64,000 nucleotides of DNA from Chlamydiales bacterium (GCA_041395025.1 JAWLBH010000001.1:262552-326551), one strand, 5' to 3'; positions 48,418-58,952 are shown, counted from the stretch's first letter. A program made the numbers and translations. Notes: generated from the letters alone by a model not told the origin.

Positions 48418-49692
48418 TTAAGGCAGACCTCCAAAAATTGAATATGTCAACAAAAAAGCAGTAATCCCAGCGAAATAGCTTATAAGAGCAATCCAAGAGA
48501 TTTTTTTCAAATACCAGATAAAATCAATTTTCTCCATTCCCATAAAAGCAACGCCTGCTGCTGAACCAATGATGAGGATACTCCCTCCAGTTCCAGCGGC
48601 ATAAGCAATTAAGAGCCATAGCTGCGAATCGATAGGAAAAGCTGTAATATCGTACATACCTATAGTTGCAGCAACAAGAGGAACGTTATCGACAATACTA
48701 GAGATTAAACCAATCAAAATTGCCACATAGTTTTGCCCGGGAAGCCAGGCTTCGAGGTGTTTAGCAAAATCTTGTAGTAAGCCATTAGCTGCAAGTGCAT
48801 TAATAGCGAGTAAAATGCCGAGAAAAAAAAGAATTCCCGAAATATTGATTTTGGTCATGATATGTACAACACGTAAGTGCCATCTGTTTTCACCATGTTT
48901 GAAATGGATCAAGTCAGTGACCAACCAAAGAAGCCCTAACCCTATAAGGGCACCCATAAAAGGTGGAACACCAAGAGTAGCTTTCCAGACTGGAATCATT
49001 ATCAAAGAGGCAATTCCCATGCATAAGACCTGCTTAGCCCCTGGCTCCATTGCTATATGAAAAGTACTAGGGACAGGCTTATTTTCTCCCTTAATCATTA
49101 AAGTAGCAATAAGACCAGCAACAGTTGCACAGATAGCTGAGGGAATAAAAAGCAATTTTATTGTCTGCCAAGACGTAATTTTTTCATTGATCCAAAGTAA
49201 AGTCGTGGTAATGTCCCCAATAGGGGTCCATGCTCCACCAGCATTCACAACAATCACAATAATTGAACCCAAAAGCCAACGTTCCTTTGGATTTTTTATC
49301 ATTTTTTTCATCAAAGATGCCATCACAATCATAGAAGTGAGATTATCAAGGACTGCAGACATAAAAAAAGAGACCCCTATCAAAAACCAAAGCATCTTTT
49401 TCTTAGAGGAAGTATAAAGAATATCTGTAATCATTTTAAAACCATGATGGGAATCAATTAATTCCACAATGATCATGACTGCAAGTAAAAAAAAGACGAT
49501 TTGAGCTACATCAGATATTTGATCAGCCATCAAATTTGGATTTATTCCTTCATGTAAATAAGTGTAATATAAAATCCAACAAATCACTCCCATGACAAGA
49601 GCAACTGCTGCTTTGTTTACATGTAAGAAATTTTCAAAAATTATGGCTAGATAACCTATAGAAAAAAAAATCAACAATTCAATGTTAAGCAT
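48418..49692 (-). CDS. NhaD/ArsB-superfamily Na+/H+ antiporter-like transporter
   Basis: 424 aa, ~11-12 TM helices, with FFMSAVLDNLTSMIVMASLM and SSIVDNVPLVAA repeats typical of the NhaD family. Confidence 0.75.
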   Translation of the reverse strand: MLNIELLIFFSIGYLAIIFENFLHVNKAAVALVMGVICWILYYTYLHEGINPNLMADQISDVAQIVFFLLAVMIIVELIDSHHGFKMITDILYTSSKKKMLWFLIGVSFFMSAVLDNLTSMIVMASLMKKMIKNPKERWLLGSIIVIVVNAGGAWTPIGDITTTLLWINEKITSWQTIKLLFIPSAICATVAGLIATLMIKGENKPVPSTFHIAMEPGAKQVLCMGIASLIMIPVWKATLGVPPFMGALIGLGLLWLVTDLIHFKHGENRWHLRVVHIMTKINISGILFFLGILLAINALAANGLLQDFAKHLEAWLPGQNYVAILIGLISSIVDNVPLVAATIGMYDITAFPIDSQLWLLIAYAAGTGGSILIIGSAAGVAFMGMEKIDFIWYLKKISWIALISYFAGITAFLLTYSIFGGLP

Positions 49693-49792
49693 AATTTTAC
49701 ACTAGATGATTTTTGAATTTAGATTAATAAGAAGGTTTTGATTGACAATTCCCTAATTAATAATAGAAAATAAGATAGTATTTTTTGATAGA

Positions 49793-51523
49793 ATGCCGCA
49801 ACCTAAAACACTTTTTCAACGTCTTAATACTTTTGTCCCTAAGTCAATTCAATGTCTTAGCCAAGGATATTCTTTAATTGGATTTCGCAACGATATCATT
49901 GCTGGAATTACAGTCGGTGTGATTGCTTTTCCTTTAGCTCTTGCTGTAGCGATTGGAGCTGGTATTCCTCCAGAAAGAGGTCTTTTTACTGCTATTATTG
50001 CTGGATTTCTGATTTCACTCTTAGGTGGTAGTCGGGTGCAAATTGGAGGACCAAGTAGTACTTTTATTGTCATTCTTTATGGGATTATGCTAAGACACGG
50101 CTTTGAAGGGATGCTCATGGCAACCCTAATGGCTGGAATCATCTTAATCTTTTTCGGATTAATAGGGTTAGGGACCTATATCAAATATATCCCCTATCCT
50201 GTTGTAACTGGATTGACTACAGGGATTGCCATTGTCATTTTTTCTTCACAAATTAAAGATTTTCTAGGATTACAAATGGGAAACGTGCCTATAGATTTCC
50301 TAGGAAAATGGCAATCCTATTGGAAACATTTAGGATCTTGGAATCTCAAGGCATTGAGTCTTGGAATTATGACTCTAGGAATTATTATTTATTTTCGACA
50401 TTACAAACCAAAAATTCCTGGAGCGATTATCGCACTTAGCGTCACAGGCCTGATCACCTGGATTTTTCGTATCGATGTTCCAACAATAGGAAGCCGTTTT
50501 GGCACCCTGCCTCGCTATCTCCCTTCTCCTACTTTCCCAATGTTTGAAATCAATGAGATGCTGATACTTGTTCCTGATGCACTCACGATTGCGATTTTAG
50601 CTGGCATGGAGTCTCTACTCTCAGCTGTAGTATCTGAAGGAATGACTGGTTGGCGTCATCAATCAGATTGTGAACTCATTGCACAAGGAATTGCTAATAT
50701 TGGCGCATCTTTATTTGGAGGCATACCTGCAACAGGTTCTCTTTCAAGAACTGCAACAAATATCAAAGCAGGAGCTTCTACTCCAATGGCTGGAATGATT
50801 CATGCAGGTTTTATTTTTTTAGTCATGTTTCTATTCGCGCCTTTAGCAATGCAAATTCCTCTTACTTCTTTAGCAGCAGTTCTTCTCATTGTGGCTTGGA
50901 ATATGAGTGAAATCCACCATTTTCTCCATCTTTTCACAGCTCCAAAAAAAGATATCATCGTCCTTATAACGGTGTTTATTTTTACAGTTCTTATTAATAT
51001 TACTGCTGCTGTGCAAGTAGGCATGATTCTGGCTGCTTTTCTCTTTATGAAGCAAATGAGTGATCTTTCAGATGTTGTTTCGATAACACAGTTTTTTGAA
51101 GACCAAGGCAGTAACATTGAGGGAAGTTACCGTGATCCTGATTCAATTAGTCGTACTGAAGTACCAGAAGAGGTAGAAGTTTATGAAATTAATGGACCCT
51201 TCTTTTTTGGAGTCGCTGATCGATTAAAAAATGTCTTTAATGAACTCTCTCGACCTCCTAAAATTTTTATTTTGCGTATGCGTCGAGTCCCAACGATCGA
51301 TGCTTCAGGAATGCATGCACTTGAAGAATTTTATATTGAATGCAAACGGCAAGGGACTCTTCTTCTCCTTGCTGGTGTCAAAAAAGGTCCTTTACGTGAT
51401 TTACAGAGATATCATCTAAATGAATTGATTGGAGAAGATCATATCTTTTCGCATATTAACTCGGCTCTTGATTTCTCTCGTGAGCTTCTTCAAATTGAAA
51501 AATTTCAAAAAGCAATGCGCTAA
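49793..51523 (+). CDS. SulP-family anion permease with C-terminal STAS domain
   Basis: 576 aa. Has GITVGVIAFPLALAVAIGAG, an ~11 TM core, and a C-terminal STAS region (VEVYEINGPFFFGVADRL...ILRMRRVPTIDASGMHALEEF). Confidence 0.9.
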   Translation: MPQPKTLFQRLNTFVPKSIQCLSQGYSLIGFRNDIIAGITVGVIAFPLALAVAIGAGIPPERGLFTAIIAGFLISLLGGSRVQIGGPSSTFIVILYGIMLRHGFEGMLMATLMAGIILIFFGLIGLGTYIKYIPYPVVTGLTTGIAIVIFSSQIKDFLGLQMGNVPIDFLGKWQSYWKHLGSWNLKALSLGIMTLGIIIYFRHYKPKIPGAIIALSVTGLITWIFRIDVPTIGSRFGTLPRYLPSPTFPMFEINEMLILVPDALTIAILAGMESLLSAVVSEGMTGWRHQSDCELIAQGIANIGASLFGGIPATGSLSRTATNIKAGASTPMAGMIHAGFIFLVMFLFAPLAMQIPLTSLAAVLLIVAWNMSEIHHFLHLFTAPKKDIIVLITVFIFTVLINITAAVQVGMILAAFLFMKQMSDLSDVVSITQFFEDQGSNIEGSYRDPDSISRTEVPEEVEVYEINGPFFFGVADRLKNVFNELSRPPKIFILRMRRVPTIDASGMHALEEFYIECKRQGTLLLLAGVKKGPLRDLQRYHLNELIGEDHIFSHINSALDFSRELLQIEKFQKAMR

Positions 51524-51528
51524 ACATC

Positions 51529-52908
51529 CTATAGCATCTTTTCAGGCTGAACAAGACGATCAAAATCTTCTTCAGATAGAAAACCAAGTGCTAAACAAGC
51601 CTCTTTTAATGTCATATTTTCATGAAAAGCCTTGTGAGCTGTCTTTGCCGCTTTATCATAACCAATCACAGGGCTTAGAGCAGTGACAAGCATAAGAGAA
51701 GATTCTATATGCTTTTTAATGTTCAAATAATTAGGTTTTAAATCTTTAATAAAATACTCATTAAATGAATGTAATCCTTCAGTAAGTAAGGAAAGAGATT
51801 CTAGAAAATTATGGATAATCATTGGCTTAAAGACATTAAGTTGAAAATTTCCACGAGATCCAGCAATACTGATGGCTTGATCATTACCAATTAAGTGGAC
51901 ACAAATCATAGCCAATGCTTCACATTGAGTTGGATTAACTTTACCTGGCATAATCGAAGAGCCAGGTTCATTCTCTGGGAATAGTAACTCTCCTAAGCCA
52001 CAACGAGGTCCTGAACCAAGTAGACTCAAATCGGTGGTGATTTTAATTAAAGAGACTGCTAATCCTTTCAAAGCACTATGAACAGCAACAAGAGAGTCAT
52101 GTGTTGCGATTGCTGAAAATTTATTTTTTGCTGGCTTAAAAGGCAGCTCAGTATAGTAAGAAATTTTTTCACACATTTTTTTTGCAAAAAATTTAGGAGC
52201 ATTAAAACCAGTTCCAACCGCTGTAGCTCCAATTGCGAGTTCGTAAAGAGAAGGAACGACCATTTCAATACGCTCAATATTCTGTTCAATTTGATTGACA
52301 TACCCTGAAAATTCCTGACCCAGAGTTAAAGGAATCGCATCCATCAAATGTGTGCGCCCAATTTTTACCACATTCTGAAAATCGATTGATTTCTTATGTA
52401 AAGAGTCTCGTAGTTTCTTTAATACAGGAAGGAAATGGAATTTAAGACTTTTGGCAGCAGAAATATGCATAGCTGTTGGAAAGGTATCGTTTGATGACTG
52501 AGATAAATTGACATCGTCATTAGGATGGATAGGAGACTTGCTTCCCATCACTCCACCAGAAAGTTCAATAGCTCGATTTGCAATCACCTCATTTACATTC
52601 ATATTCGTCTGAGTTCCACTTCCTGTTTGCCAAATTTTAAGAGGAAAATGCGTATCGAGTAATCCCTCAGCCACTTCATTAGCTGACTGGGTGATCCATT
52701 GTTTTTTATCTTCAGTTAACTTACCGAGTTCCCAATTGACTTCAGCTGCTGCTTTCTTGATGATTCCAAAAGCATGAATCACCGGAAGAGGCATTTTATG
52801 CTTTCCAATACTAAAATGTATAAGAGAACGTGCCGTCTGTGCTCCATAATAAACAGAACAAGGGACTTCCATCGTTCCCATACTATCTGATTCAATGCGT
52901 GTTGCCAT
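51529..52908 (-). CDS. fumC: Class II fumarate hydratase
   Basis: Signature GSSIMPGKVNPTQCE, plus N-terminal DSMGTMEVP and TGSGTQTNMNVNEV. Confidence 0.95.
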   Translation of the reverse strand: MATRIESDSMGTMEVPCSVYYGAQTARSLIHFSIGKHKMPLPVIHAFGIIKKAAAEVNWELGKLTEDKKQWITQSANEVAEGLLDTHFPLKIWQTGSGTQTNMNVNEVIANRAIELSGGVMGSKSPIHPNDDVNLSQSSNDTFPTAMHISAAKSLKFHFLPVLKKLRDSLHKKSIDFQNVVKIGRTHLMDAIPLTLGQEFSGYVNQIEQNIERIEMVVPSLYELAIGATAVGTGFNAPKFFAKKMCEKISYYTELPFKPAKNKFSAIATHDSLVAVHSALKGLAVSLIKITTDLSLLGSGPRCGLGELLFPENEPGSSIMPGKVNPTQCEALAMICVHLIGNDQAISIAGSRGNFQLNVFKPMIIHNFLESLSLLTEGLHSFNEYFIKDLKPNYLNIKKHIESSLMLVTALSPVIGYDKAAKTAHKAFHENMTLKEACLALGFLSEEDFDRLVQPEKML

Positions 52909-52967
52909 AACATTCTATTATAAAAATCAATTGACTCAGAAAATATACGAAAGTACAATTTATAACC

Positions 52968-54707
52968 ATGTCGAAGAAAGTTGGATTGCTTTTTTTGTGT
53001 TTTCTCCTTTTTTTAGGAATTTGGGAGCTTGTCTCATTATCTTTCCCCCACTTGCTTTTTGTCCTTCCTCCTCCTTCACAAATTTTATCTACACTTTGGG
53101 AACTACGTAGTCGTTTCTATTTCCATACTCTTTTTACCTTAAAAGAGATGTTAGGAGGGTTTATTTTAGCCTTGGTTACGGCCTTCCCTTTGGCCTGGAC
53201 AATGATGCGTTACCAAGCTTCTCGATCACTACTACAGCCTCTTTTTATCGTCATCCAATGTCTTCCTATGTTTACACTTGCCCCTATTATGGTCATTTGG
53301 TTTGGGTGGAGTTTTACAGCGATTGTGATTCCAACTGCTTTAATGATTTTTTTCCCTTTGACTCTTAATATCTATCAAGGACTGCGTTCGACACCAAAAG
53401 ACCTTCTTGAATTCTTTGAAACCCATCAAGCAAGCTCTTGGCAAACATTTTTTAAACTACGTCTTCCTTGGGCTATGCCCCATATTTTTGCCGGTTTTCG
53501 TATCTCTTCTGCAATTGCAGGTGTAGGAGCTGTTGCTGGAGAATGGGCTGGAGCCCAAAATGGATTGGGTATATTAATGCTAGAAAGTCGTCGAAAAACT
53601 GAGCTTGAAATCACTTTTGGAGCTCTCTTCTGCCTCATGGCAATCAGTATTTTGTTATACGGCGTGATTCTTTATTGTGAAAAAATTTCACACCTACCTC
53701 ATATATGGAAATTTAGATCCAACACATCTCTGATGAACCGAATAAACAAAAAGACACTCATCTTACCCATCTTTATTCTATCTATTCTTCTTTTTGGAGT
53801 TTTTCAATCTAAAAAGAAAGATGAGAAAATCACAAGGCTCCTTCTAGACTGGCTACCTAATCCTAATCATATCCCCCTTTATGTTGGTTTGGAAAAAAAA
53901 TTTTTTGAAGAAGAAGGTATTCACCTGGTGATCCAAAAAATGCATGATGAAGGAGGAGCCATACCCTACCTCACCTCACATCGGACAGATTTGTTAGTCA
54001 ATAACCTACCAGGAACACTTAAAGCTTGTTCTCGTGGAGCTGATATTAAACTCATTGGCCTACTAATTGAAGAACCTCTTTCTGGATTTATCTATAGAAA
54101 GAATCCTAATATTAGAAAACCTCAAGATCTTACAGGATGCAATCTTGGATATTGTATTGGAGGACCCGATACGTCGTTTCTCGACTTTCTGCTAGATCAA
54201 GGCAATATTATTCCTAATCTACGTAAAAATATCAGTGTCGATCTAATTTCTCCTATGGAAGCTCAAGTTGTTGACTTCATATTTGGAGGTTTCTGGAATA
54301 TTGAACCAGCCCAATTACGTGCCATTGGTGTAGAAACCAATTACTTTTCAGTCCAACAATTTGGTGTTCCTAAATATTATGAAATGATTATCTTAGCAAA
54401 TAATCAAGCTGTTGAAAGCTCCCCTACCTTCGTTCAAGCTTTTCAAAGAGCACTAGATAAAAGTATCCAATTTTCATGCAACCATCCAGATGATGCTTTT
54501 TTGTGCTATCAACTCCATAATCCTGATCGACGTGCAAAAACTTTAGCATGGGAAAAAGAAGCCTGGAAATTAACTTATCCTCTGCTAGTAAAAAATCAAA
54601 ATATCGATATTCAAATGCTCGAAAAACTTAAAAATTGGATGCAAGATCGTAAAATTATTACTCAATCTTTCAATATTCATCAGCTCATTCCTAATACAAC
54701 TCATTAA
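52968..54707 (+). CDS. Fused ABC-transporter permease (NitT/TauT/SsuC type) and NMT1/THI5-like substrate-binding domain
   Basis: aa 1-245 form a 6-TM permease with an EAA-type loop (ETHQASSWQTFFKLRLPWAMPHIFAGFRIS). One further TM helix (TLILPIFILSILLFGVF) follows. The periplasmic-type domain then starts with LDWLPNPNHIPLYVGLEKKFFEEEGIHLVI. No ATPase gene is adjacent. Confidence 0.8.
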   Translation: MSKKVGLLFLCFLLFLGIWELVSLSFPHLLFVLPPPSQILSTLWELRSRFYFHTLFTLKEMLGGFILALVTAFPLAWTMMRYQASRSLLQPLFIVIQCLPMFTLAPIMVIWFGWSFTAIVIPTALMIFFPLTLNIYQGLRSTPKDLLEFFETHQASSWQTFFKLRLPWAMPHIFAGFRISSAIAGVGAVAGEWAGAQNGLGILMLESRRKTELEITFGALFCLMAISILLYGVILYCEKISHLPHIWKFRSNTSLMNRINKKTLILPIFILSILLFGVFQSKKKDEKITRLLLDWLPNPNHIPLYVGLEKKFFEEEGIHLVIQKMHDEGGAIPYLTSHRTDLLVNNLPGTLKACSRGADIKLIGLLIEEPLSGFIYRKNPNIRKPQDLTGCNLGYCIGGPDTSFLDFLLDQGNIIPNLRKNISVDLISPMEAQVVDFIFGGFWNIEPAQLRAIGVETNYFSVQQFGVPKYYEMIILANNQAVESSPTFVQAFQRALDKSIQFSCNHPDDAFLCYQLHNPDRRAKTLAWEKEAWKLTYPLLVKNQNIDIQMLEKLKNWMQDRKIITQSFNIHQLIPNTTH

Positions 54708-54725
54708 AATGAGTTGTATTTTTAT
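54693..54725 (+). terminator. Rho-independent terminator candidate overlapping the stop codon of the permease fusion
   Basis: Perfect 12-bp stem aatacaactcat (54693..54704) / atgagttgtatt (54709..54720), 4-nt loop taaa, followed by ttttat. Confidence 0.5.
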
Positions 54726-54874
54726 CTTTATAAAAGCTCTAATGAAGATTTTACAATGCCAATCGGTCTGACTCAAAACATCACCTAGCAATTAAAAGAC
54801 AAATTATTTACATTTTTTTTCAGTCTTACTTGCTCTAGTGCTTATGAACAGAAGAATCTCAATTTTAAATACAC

Positions 54875-55771
54875 ATGAGTGAGAGGTTTAATCTACTTCT
54901 GATTGGAGATGAAGAAAAGTATCTCGTCTCTATTCAAACAGTTTTAGAATCCTTATACATCAAGGGTATTACCTTTTCCGTCATCATTGCAAAAACTATC
55001 AAGGAAGCAACCAGCCGATTAGCTAAAGAAGAAAAATATGATTTGATTTTAACAGATCTCTATCTTTCTGATAGCAAAGAGCTCCAAATCATTAAAACAC
55101 TTCAAGCAACAAATCCAAATATTCCTATTATCACCACCTCTTTTCACACTGACGAAAAAATAATTCGAAAGATTATCCGTTTAGGTGCACAAGATTATCT
55201 ACCAAAAAAAGAATTGGATCCTAAACATTTACAACGGGTCATTTATGCCTCTATTGAAAGAAACCGTCTTCAACAAACTTTAAAAACCCTCTCTTTTACT
55301 GATGAGATGACTGGTTTATACAACCGTCGTGGATTTTTTACCCTTTTGAAGCAACAGGTTTTTCTTTCAAAAACAAACAATCAAAGCTTTTATTTTTTTC
55401 TAATTGATCTAGATTATCTTAAAATGATTAATGACACTTATGGTCACCCTGCTGGTGATCAGGCTTTAATAGATACTGCTAAATTATTACGACTTTCTTT
55501 TCGACACCACGATATCATTGGTAGAATTGGAGGAGATGAATTTGGTATCATTGTCACCAATACTAAAGCTCATCAAGAATTGAAGATCAAAAAAAAAATT
55601 AATGATACATTTGCAAAACAAAATAAGAAAGATAAAACACCTTATCAACTTACCATCAGTATTGGATTTGCCTATTTCAAAGAATCAAGCGAAATCTCAA
55701 TTAAAGAACTGGTCAAAATAGCTGACCAATGCCTCTACAAAGAAAAAGAAAAAAAACACCCAAAAAGATGA
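54875..55771 (+). CDS. Response regulator receiver + GGDEF diguanylate cyclase
   Basis: The REC domain has an acidic pocket (GDEE), phospho-acceptor LILTDLYL, T in IITTS and K in LPKK. GGDEF is intact (RIGGDEFGI, nt 55529..55543). An RxxD I-site (RHHD, 55502..55513) lies exactly 5 residues upstream. Confidence 0.9.
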   Translation: MSERFNLLLIGDEEKYLVSIQTVLESLYIKGITFSVIIAKTIKEATSRLAKEEKYDLILTDLYLSDSKELQIIKTLQATNPNIPIITTSFHTDEKIIRKIIRLGAQDYLPKKELDPKHLQRVIYASIERNRLQQTLKTLSFTDEMTGLYNRRGFFTLLKQQVFLSKTNNQSFYFFLIDLDYLKMINDTYGHPAGDQALIDTAKLLRLSFRHHDIIGRIGGDEFGIIVTNTKAHQELKIKKKINDTFAKQNKKDKTPYQLTISIGFAYFKESSEISIKELVKIADQCLYKEKEKKHPKR

Positions 55772-55846
55772 CAAACAGATCATAAATTTTAAGAATTTGA
55801 TTTAGAATCTATCTTTGAAATTTCTTATCACCTATTTTCAAGAAAA

Positions 55847-56470
55847 TTATTTAGCACCACGAGATAAAAGATGTGACAAACGTACAAGCACATCCCTTAG
55901 TACTTCAAGAGGTTTCTGAGTTCCATTGACACGAGAAATTAAATGAGAAGGATAAAAATCTAAAATTTTTTCAATCTCCTTTTCATAAGTTTCAACACGT
56001 TTTTTTAACATATTTTTTTCAATACTATCTAGACGTCCTTCAATAAGAGCCTTTGTTTCTAACCTTTCGATTAATTCTTCCATACTTGAAATCTCTAAAA
56101 CAATAATATGACGTACTTTAACAAACTCCTCAAGTTTATGAGCCTGTACTAAATTCCGAGGAATACCATCAAGTAAAAGATCCTGATTCTCAGGATAATA
56201 AGAGTTTGTTGCAATAAGTCCTTCGACATAATATTTCCAAATTTCAATTGTAGCCTCATCGGGCAATAGCTTACCTTGTCTAGCATAAGAATAATACAAT
56301 TTACCAGCTGGAGAACCAAGAGGTAGACTACGAAAAATATTTCCTGAAGAAAGATGATATTGTGTTCCAGAACTAGTCAAAAATTTTCCTAAAGTCCCCT
56401 TACCTGCTCCTGGAGGACCAAATAAAAGAATGGCAGGAAATTTATCTTGATAAGGCTCAATTAACCCCAT
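55847..56470 (-). CDS. Adenylate kinase family protein (short-LID type, divergent)
   Basis: P-loop FGPPGAGKGT, LSSGNIFR, LLLDGIPRNLVQA, and a short LID region EGRLDSIEKNMLKKR. Confidence 0.7.
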   Translation of the reverse strand: MGLIEPYQDKFPAILLFGPPGAGKGTLGKFLTSSGTQYHLSSGNIFRSLPLGSPAGKLYYSYARQGKLLPDEATIEIWKYYVEGLIATNSYYPENQDLLLDGIPRNLVQAHKLEEFVKVRHIIVLEISSMEELIERLETKALIEGRLDSIEKNMLKKRVETYEKEIEKILDFYPSHLISRVNGTQKPLEVLRDVLVRLSHLLSRGAK

Positions 56471-56713
56471 AATCTTAACCTAGCGTTGAGTAAATTTGAT
56501 CGAAAAACTTGAAATCTCTTTGGCAAAAAAACACAACTTCTATCGAAGTTTGAAGAGAATTCGTCTAAAAATCCAGACTTATAAGCATATTTTATTGAAT
56601 TATGAGAGGATTTTAAAGTAGAATTTATTTTGCAAACGCAAAATTTGTCTAATTTAAGATAATTTTAATCAAGAATGGCAAAATTGTAAAATAGAAGTAA
56701 AAATTTATCAAAT

Positions 56714-57304
56714 ATGAATAGTTATGGAAATTTTTTTGGAACTACAATGACTCTATTTCTAGTCATTGATGCTTTAGGAAATCTCTCTACTTATTTGTCT
56801 CTAATTAATTCTTATAGTCAATCCCAACAGCGTCTTATTGCAATTCGTGAGTTATTCATTGCTTTGGGAATTATGATTCTATTTCACTATATCGGTCAAA
56901 TTCTTCTTCCCCTTCTTGGAGTTTCCTACATTTCTGTTCAAATATCTGGAGGACTGATTCTTTTTTTGATCGCAATTCGTCTGATTTTTTCTCCTCAAGA
57001 AGCAAACCTGAAATGGGATAAAAAAAAAACTGTCATGTTTCCGATTGCTACTCCTTTAATTGCAGGACCTTCTGTTCTTGCTGTTATCATGATCTTTGCT
57101 CAAGAAAACTCTTCTAGTTTCGTGATTTTTAGTGCCGTATCCGTAGCTTGGTTTTTTTCAGGCTTAATTATTTTCTTTGCTCATCCAATTCACAATCTTC
57201 TTAAAGAGAAAGGTTTGTTAGCATGTCAAAGATTAATGGGATTAATTGTAGCCATGATTGCTATCGAACTTTTTCTTGAAGGAATTAACGGGATCGTCAA
57301 ATGA
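56714..57304 (+). CDS. MarC/YhgN-family (UPF0056) membrane protein, copy 1
   Basis: 196 aa, 6 TM helices. FLVIDALGNLSTYLSL...RELFIALGIMILFHYIG matches the family pattern. Overlaps copy 2 by 4 nt. Confidence 0.85.
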   Translation: MNSYGNFFGTTMTLFLVIDALGNLSTYLSLINSYSQSQQRLIAIRELFIALGIMILFHYIGQILLPLLGVSYISVQISGGLILFLIAIRLIFSPQEANLKWDKKKTVMFPIATPLIAGPSVLAVIMIFAQENSSSFVIFSAVSVAWFFSGLIIFFAHPIHNLLKEKGLLACQRLMGLIVAMIAIELFLEGINGIVK

Positions 57305-57897
57305 TCAATGATTTGTTTCATATGTCTTTTCTCTTTTTGATTATAATGGATCCTTTGGGAAATATTCCGATCTTCGTGAGTGTATTAAAACATTTTGATC
57401 TTCAACAACAAAAAAGAATCATTTTCCGCGAATTGTTAATTGCTTTAGGTATTATGATTCTTTTTCTTTTCTTTGGTCAGGGATTTTTTCGTCTGCTTAA
57501 TGTCTCAAATTCATCTTTACAAATTGCGGGAGGTATTATTCTTTTTTTAATTGCTATTCAAATGATCTTTGCTTTACCTGGTGAAGAAGGTAAAGAAAAA
57601 ATTCCTAAAGACCCACTGATTGTTCCTCTAGCAATTCCTGCTGTTGGAGGACCAGGAATTTTAGCTACAATGACCTTATATGGAGGAACAGTCAATAATA
57701 AGTTTCTTACCTTATTAGCTCTTTTTATTGCCTGGCTTTTTTTACTCCCCACACTCCTTTTTTCTGGATATATTAAAAAAATTCTTGGAAAAAATGGCAT
57801 TACTGCCGCTGAACGTTTATTTGGATTTATTGTCATACTTATTTCTACACAAATGGCAATTAGTGGATTAACTTCCGCGCTTAGTTTAAGGATATGA
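57301..57897 (+). CDS. MarC/YhgN-family (UPF0056) membrane protein, copy 2
   Basis: 198 aa, a paralog of copy 1 (FLIIMDPLGNIPIFVSVL...RELLIALGIMILFLFFG). Confidence 0.85.
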   Translation: MINDLFHMSFLFLIIMDPLGNIPIFVSVLKHFDLQQQKRIIFRELLIALGIMILFLFFGQGFFRLLNVSNSSLQIAGGIILFLIAIQMIFALPGEEGKEKIPKDPLIVPLAIPAVGGPGILATMTLYGGTVNNKFLTLLALFIAWLFLLPTLLFSGYIKKILGKNGITAAERLFGFIVILISTQMAISGLTSALSLRI

Positions 57898-57999
57898 TAA
57901 AATGATTACATATTTGATGAAAAAACATAGACAATTCGATAAAAAATATTGATCTTTATACAAGAATACAAAGATCCAAACTTGGAATAAATAATTGTA

Positions 58000-58875
58000 A
58001 TGAAAAGAAATGATACTTGTTGGTGTGGGAGTCAAAAAAAATGGAAAAAGTGCCATTATCCAAAAGAATCTCCCTTATTAGAAAAGAAAAAACTTTCTGA
58101 TTATTATTATAGCAACTATGGAATTCTTTTAAAAACTCCTGAGCAAATTGAAGGCATTCGAAAGGCTTGTAAACTCACTGCACGTATTCTTAATGCCATC
58201 TGTCAAAAAGTAGATGTTGGAGTCACCACAAATGAACTTGATGCTTTTGCGGTTGAATTACACAAAGAAGCAGGGGCTATTCCTGCGCCTCTTCACTATG
58301 GCAATCCTCCTTTCCCCAATAGCATCTGTACTTCTATTAACCAAGTGATCTGTCATGGTATCCCTAATGACCTTCCTCTTCAAGAAGGAGATATTATAAA
58401 TATTGATACTTCAGCTATTCTCGATGGCTACTATGGCGACTGTAGTCGAATGGTAAAAATCGGAAATATTTCTGCCGACAAACAGCTTGTTTACGATGTC
58501 TCTTATGAGTGTCTTAATCTTGCAATACAAAATGTAAGACCTGGTATGATGATTCATGAAATTGGAGATCTTATAGAAGCCTATGCCACTCAAAAAGGTT
58601 GCACAGTCGTAAATAAATTTGTTGGACATGGTGTTGGTCTAAAATTCCATGAACCTCCTCAAGTTCCTCATTATAGTAATCGAATGCAAATTCCTCTTGT
58701 TCCTGGAATGACCTTTACAATTGAACCTATGATTAATGCTGGTCTTCCAGATGTGACCCTCGATCCTATTACACAATGGATTGCCTCAACAAAAGATGGT
58801 AAACCAAGTGGTCAGTGGGAACATACTCTTCTTGTTACAGAAACTGGTTATGAAGTTCTTACAATTTTACCATAA
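58000..58875 (+). CDS. map: Type I methionine aminopeptidase with N-terminal SEC-C zinc motif
   Basis: SEC-C motif CWCGSQKKWKKCH. Metal ligands lie in the DTSAILDGYYGDCSRM, GHGVG, EPMI and WEHT contexts. Confidence 0.95.
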   Translation: MKRNDTCWCGSQKKWKKCHYPKESPLLEKKKLSDYYYSNYGILLKTPEQIEGIRKACKLTARILNAICQKVDVGVTTNELDAFAVELHKEAGAIPAPLHYGNPPFPNSICTSINQVICHGIPNDLPLQEGDIINIDTSAILDGYYGDCSRMVKIGNISADKQLVYDVSYECLNLAIQNVRPGMMIHEIGDLIEAYATQKGCTVVNKFVGHGVGLKFHEPPQVPHYSNRMQIPLVPGMTFTIEPMINAGLPDVTLDPITQWIASTKDGKPSGQWEHTLLVTETGYEVLTILP

Positions 58876-58952
58876 TATTAAAAGTATTTTTTGAAAAAAA
58901 GCTAAGACTCAATCAATAAAAATTCACATGTAGTCTATCACTCAAAACTGAG

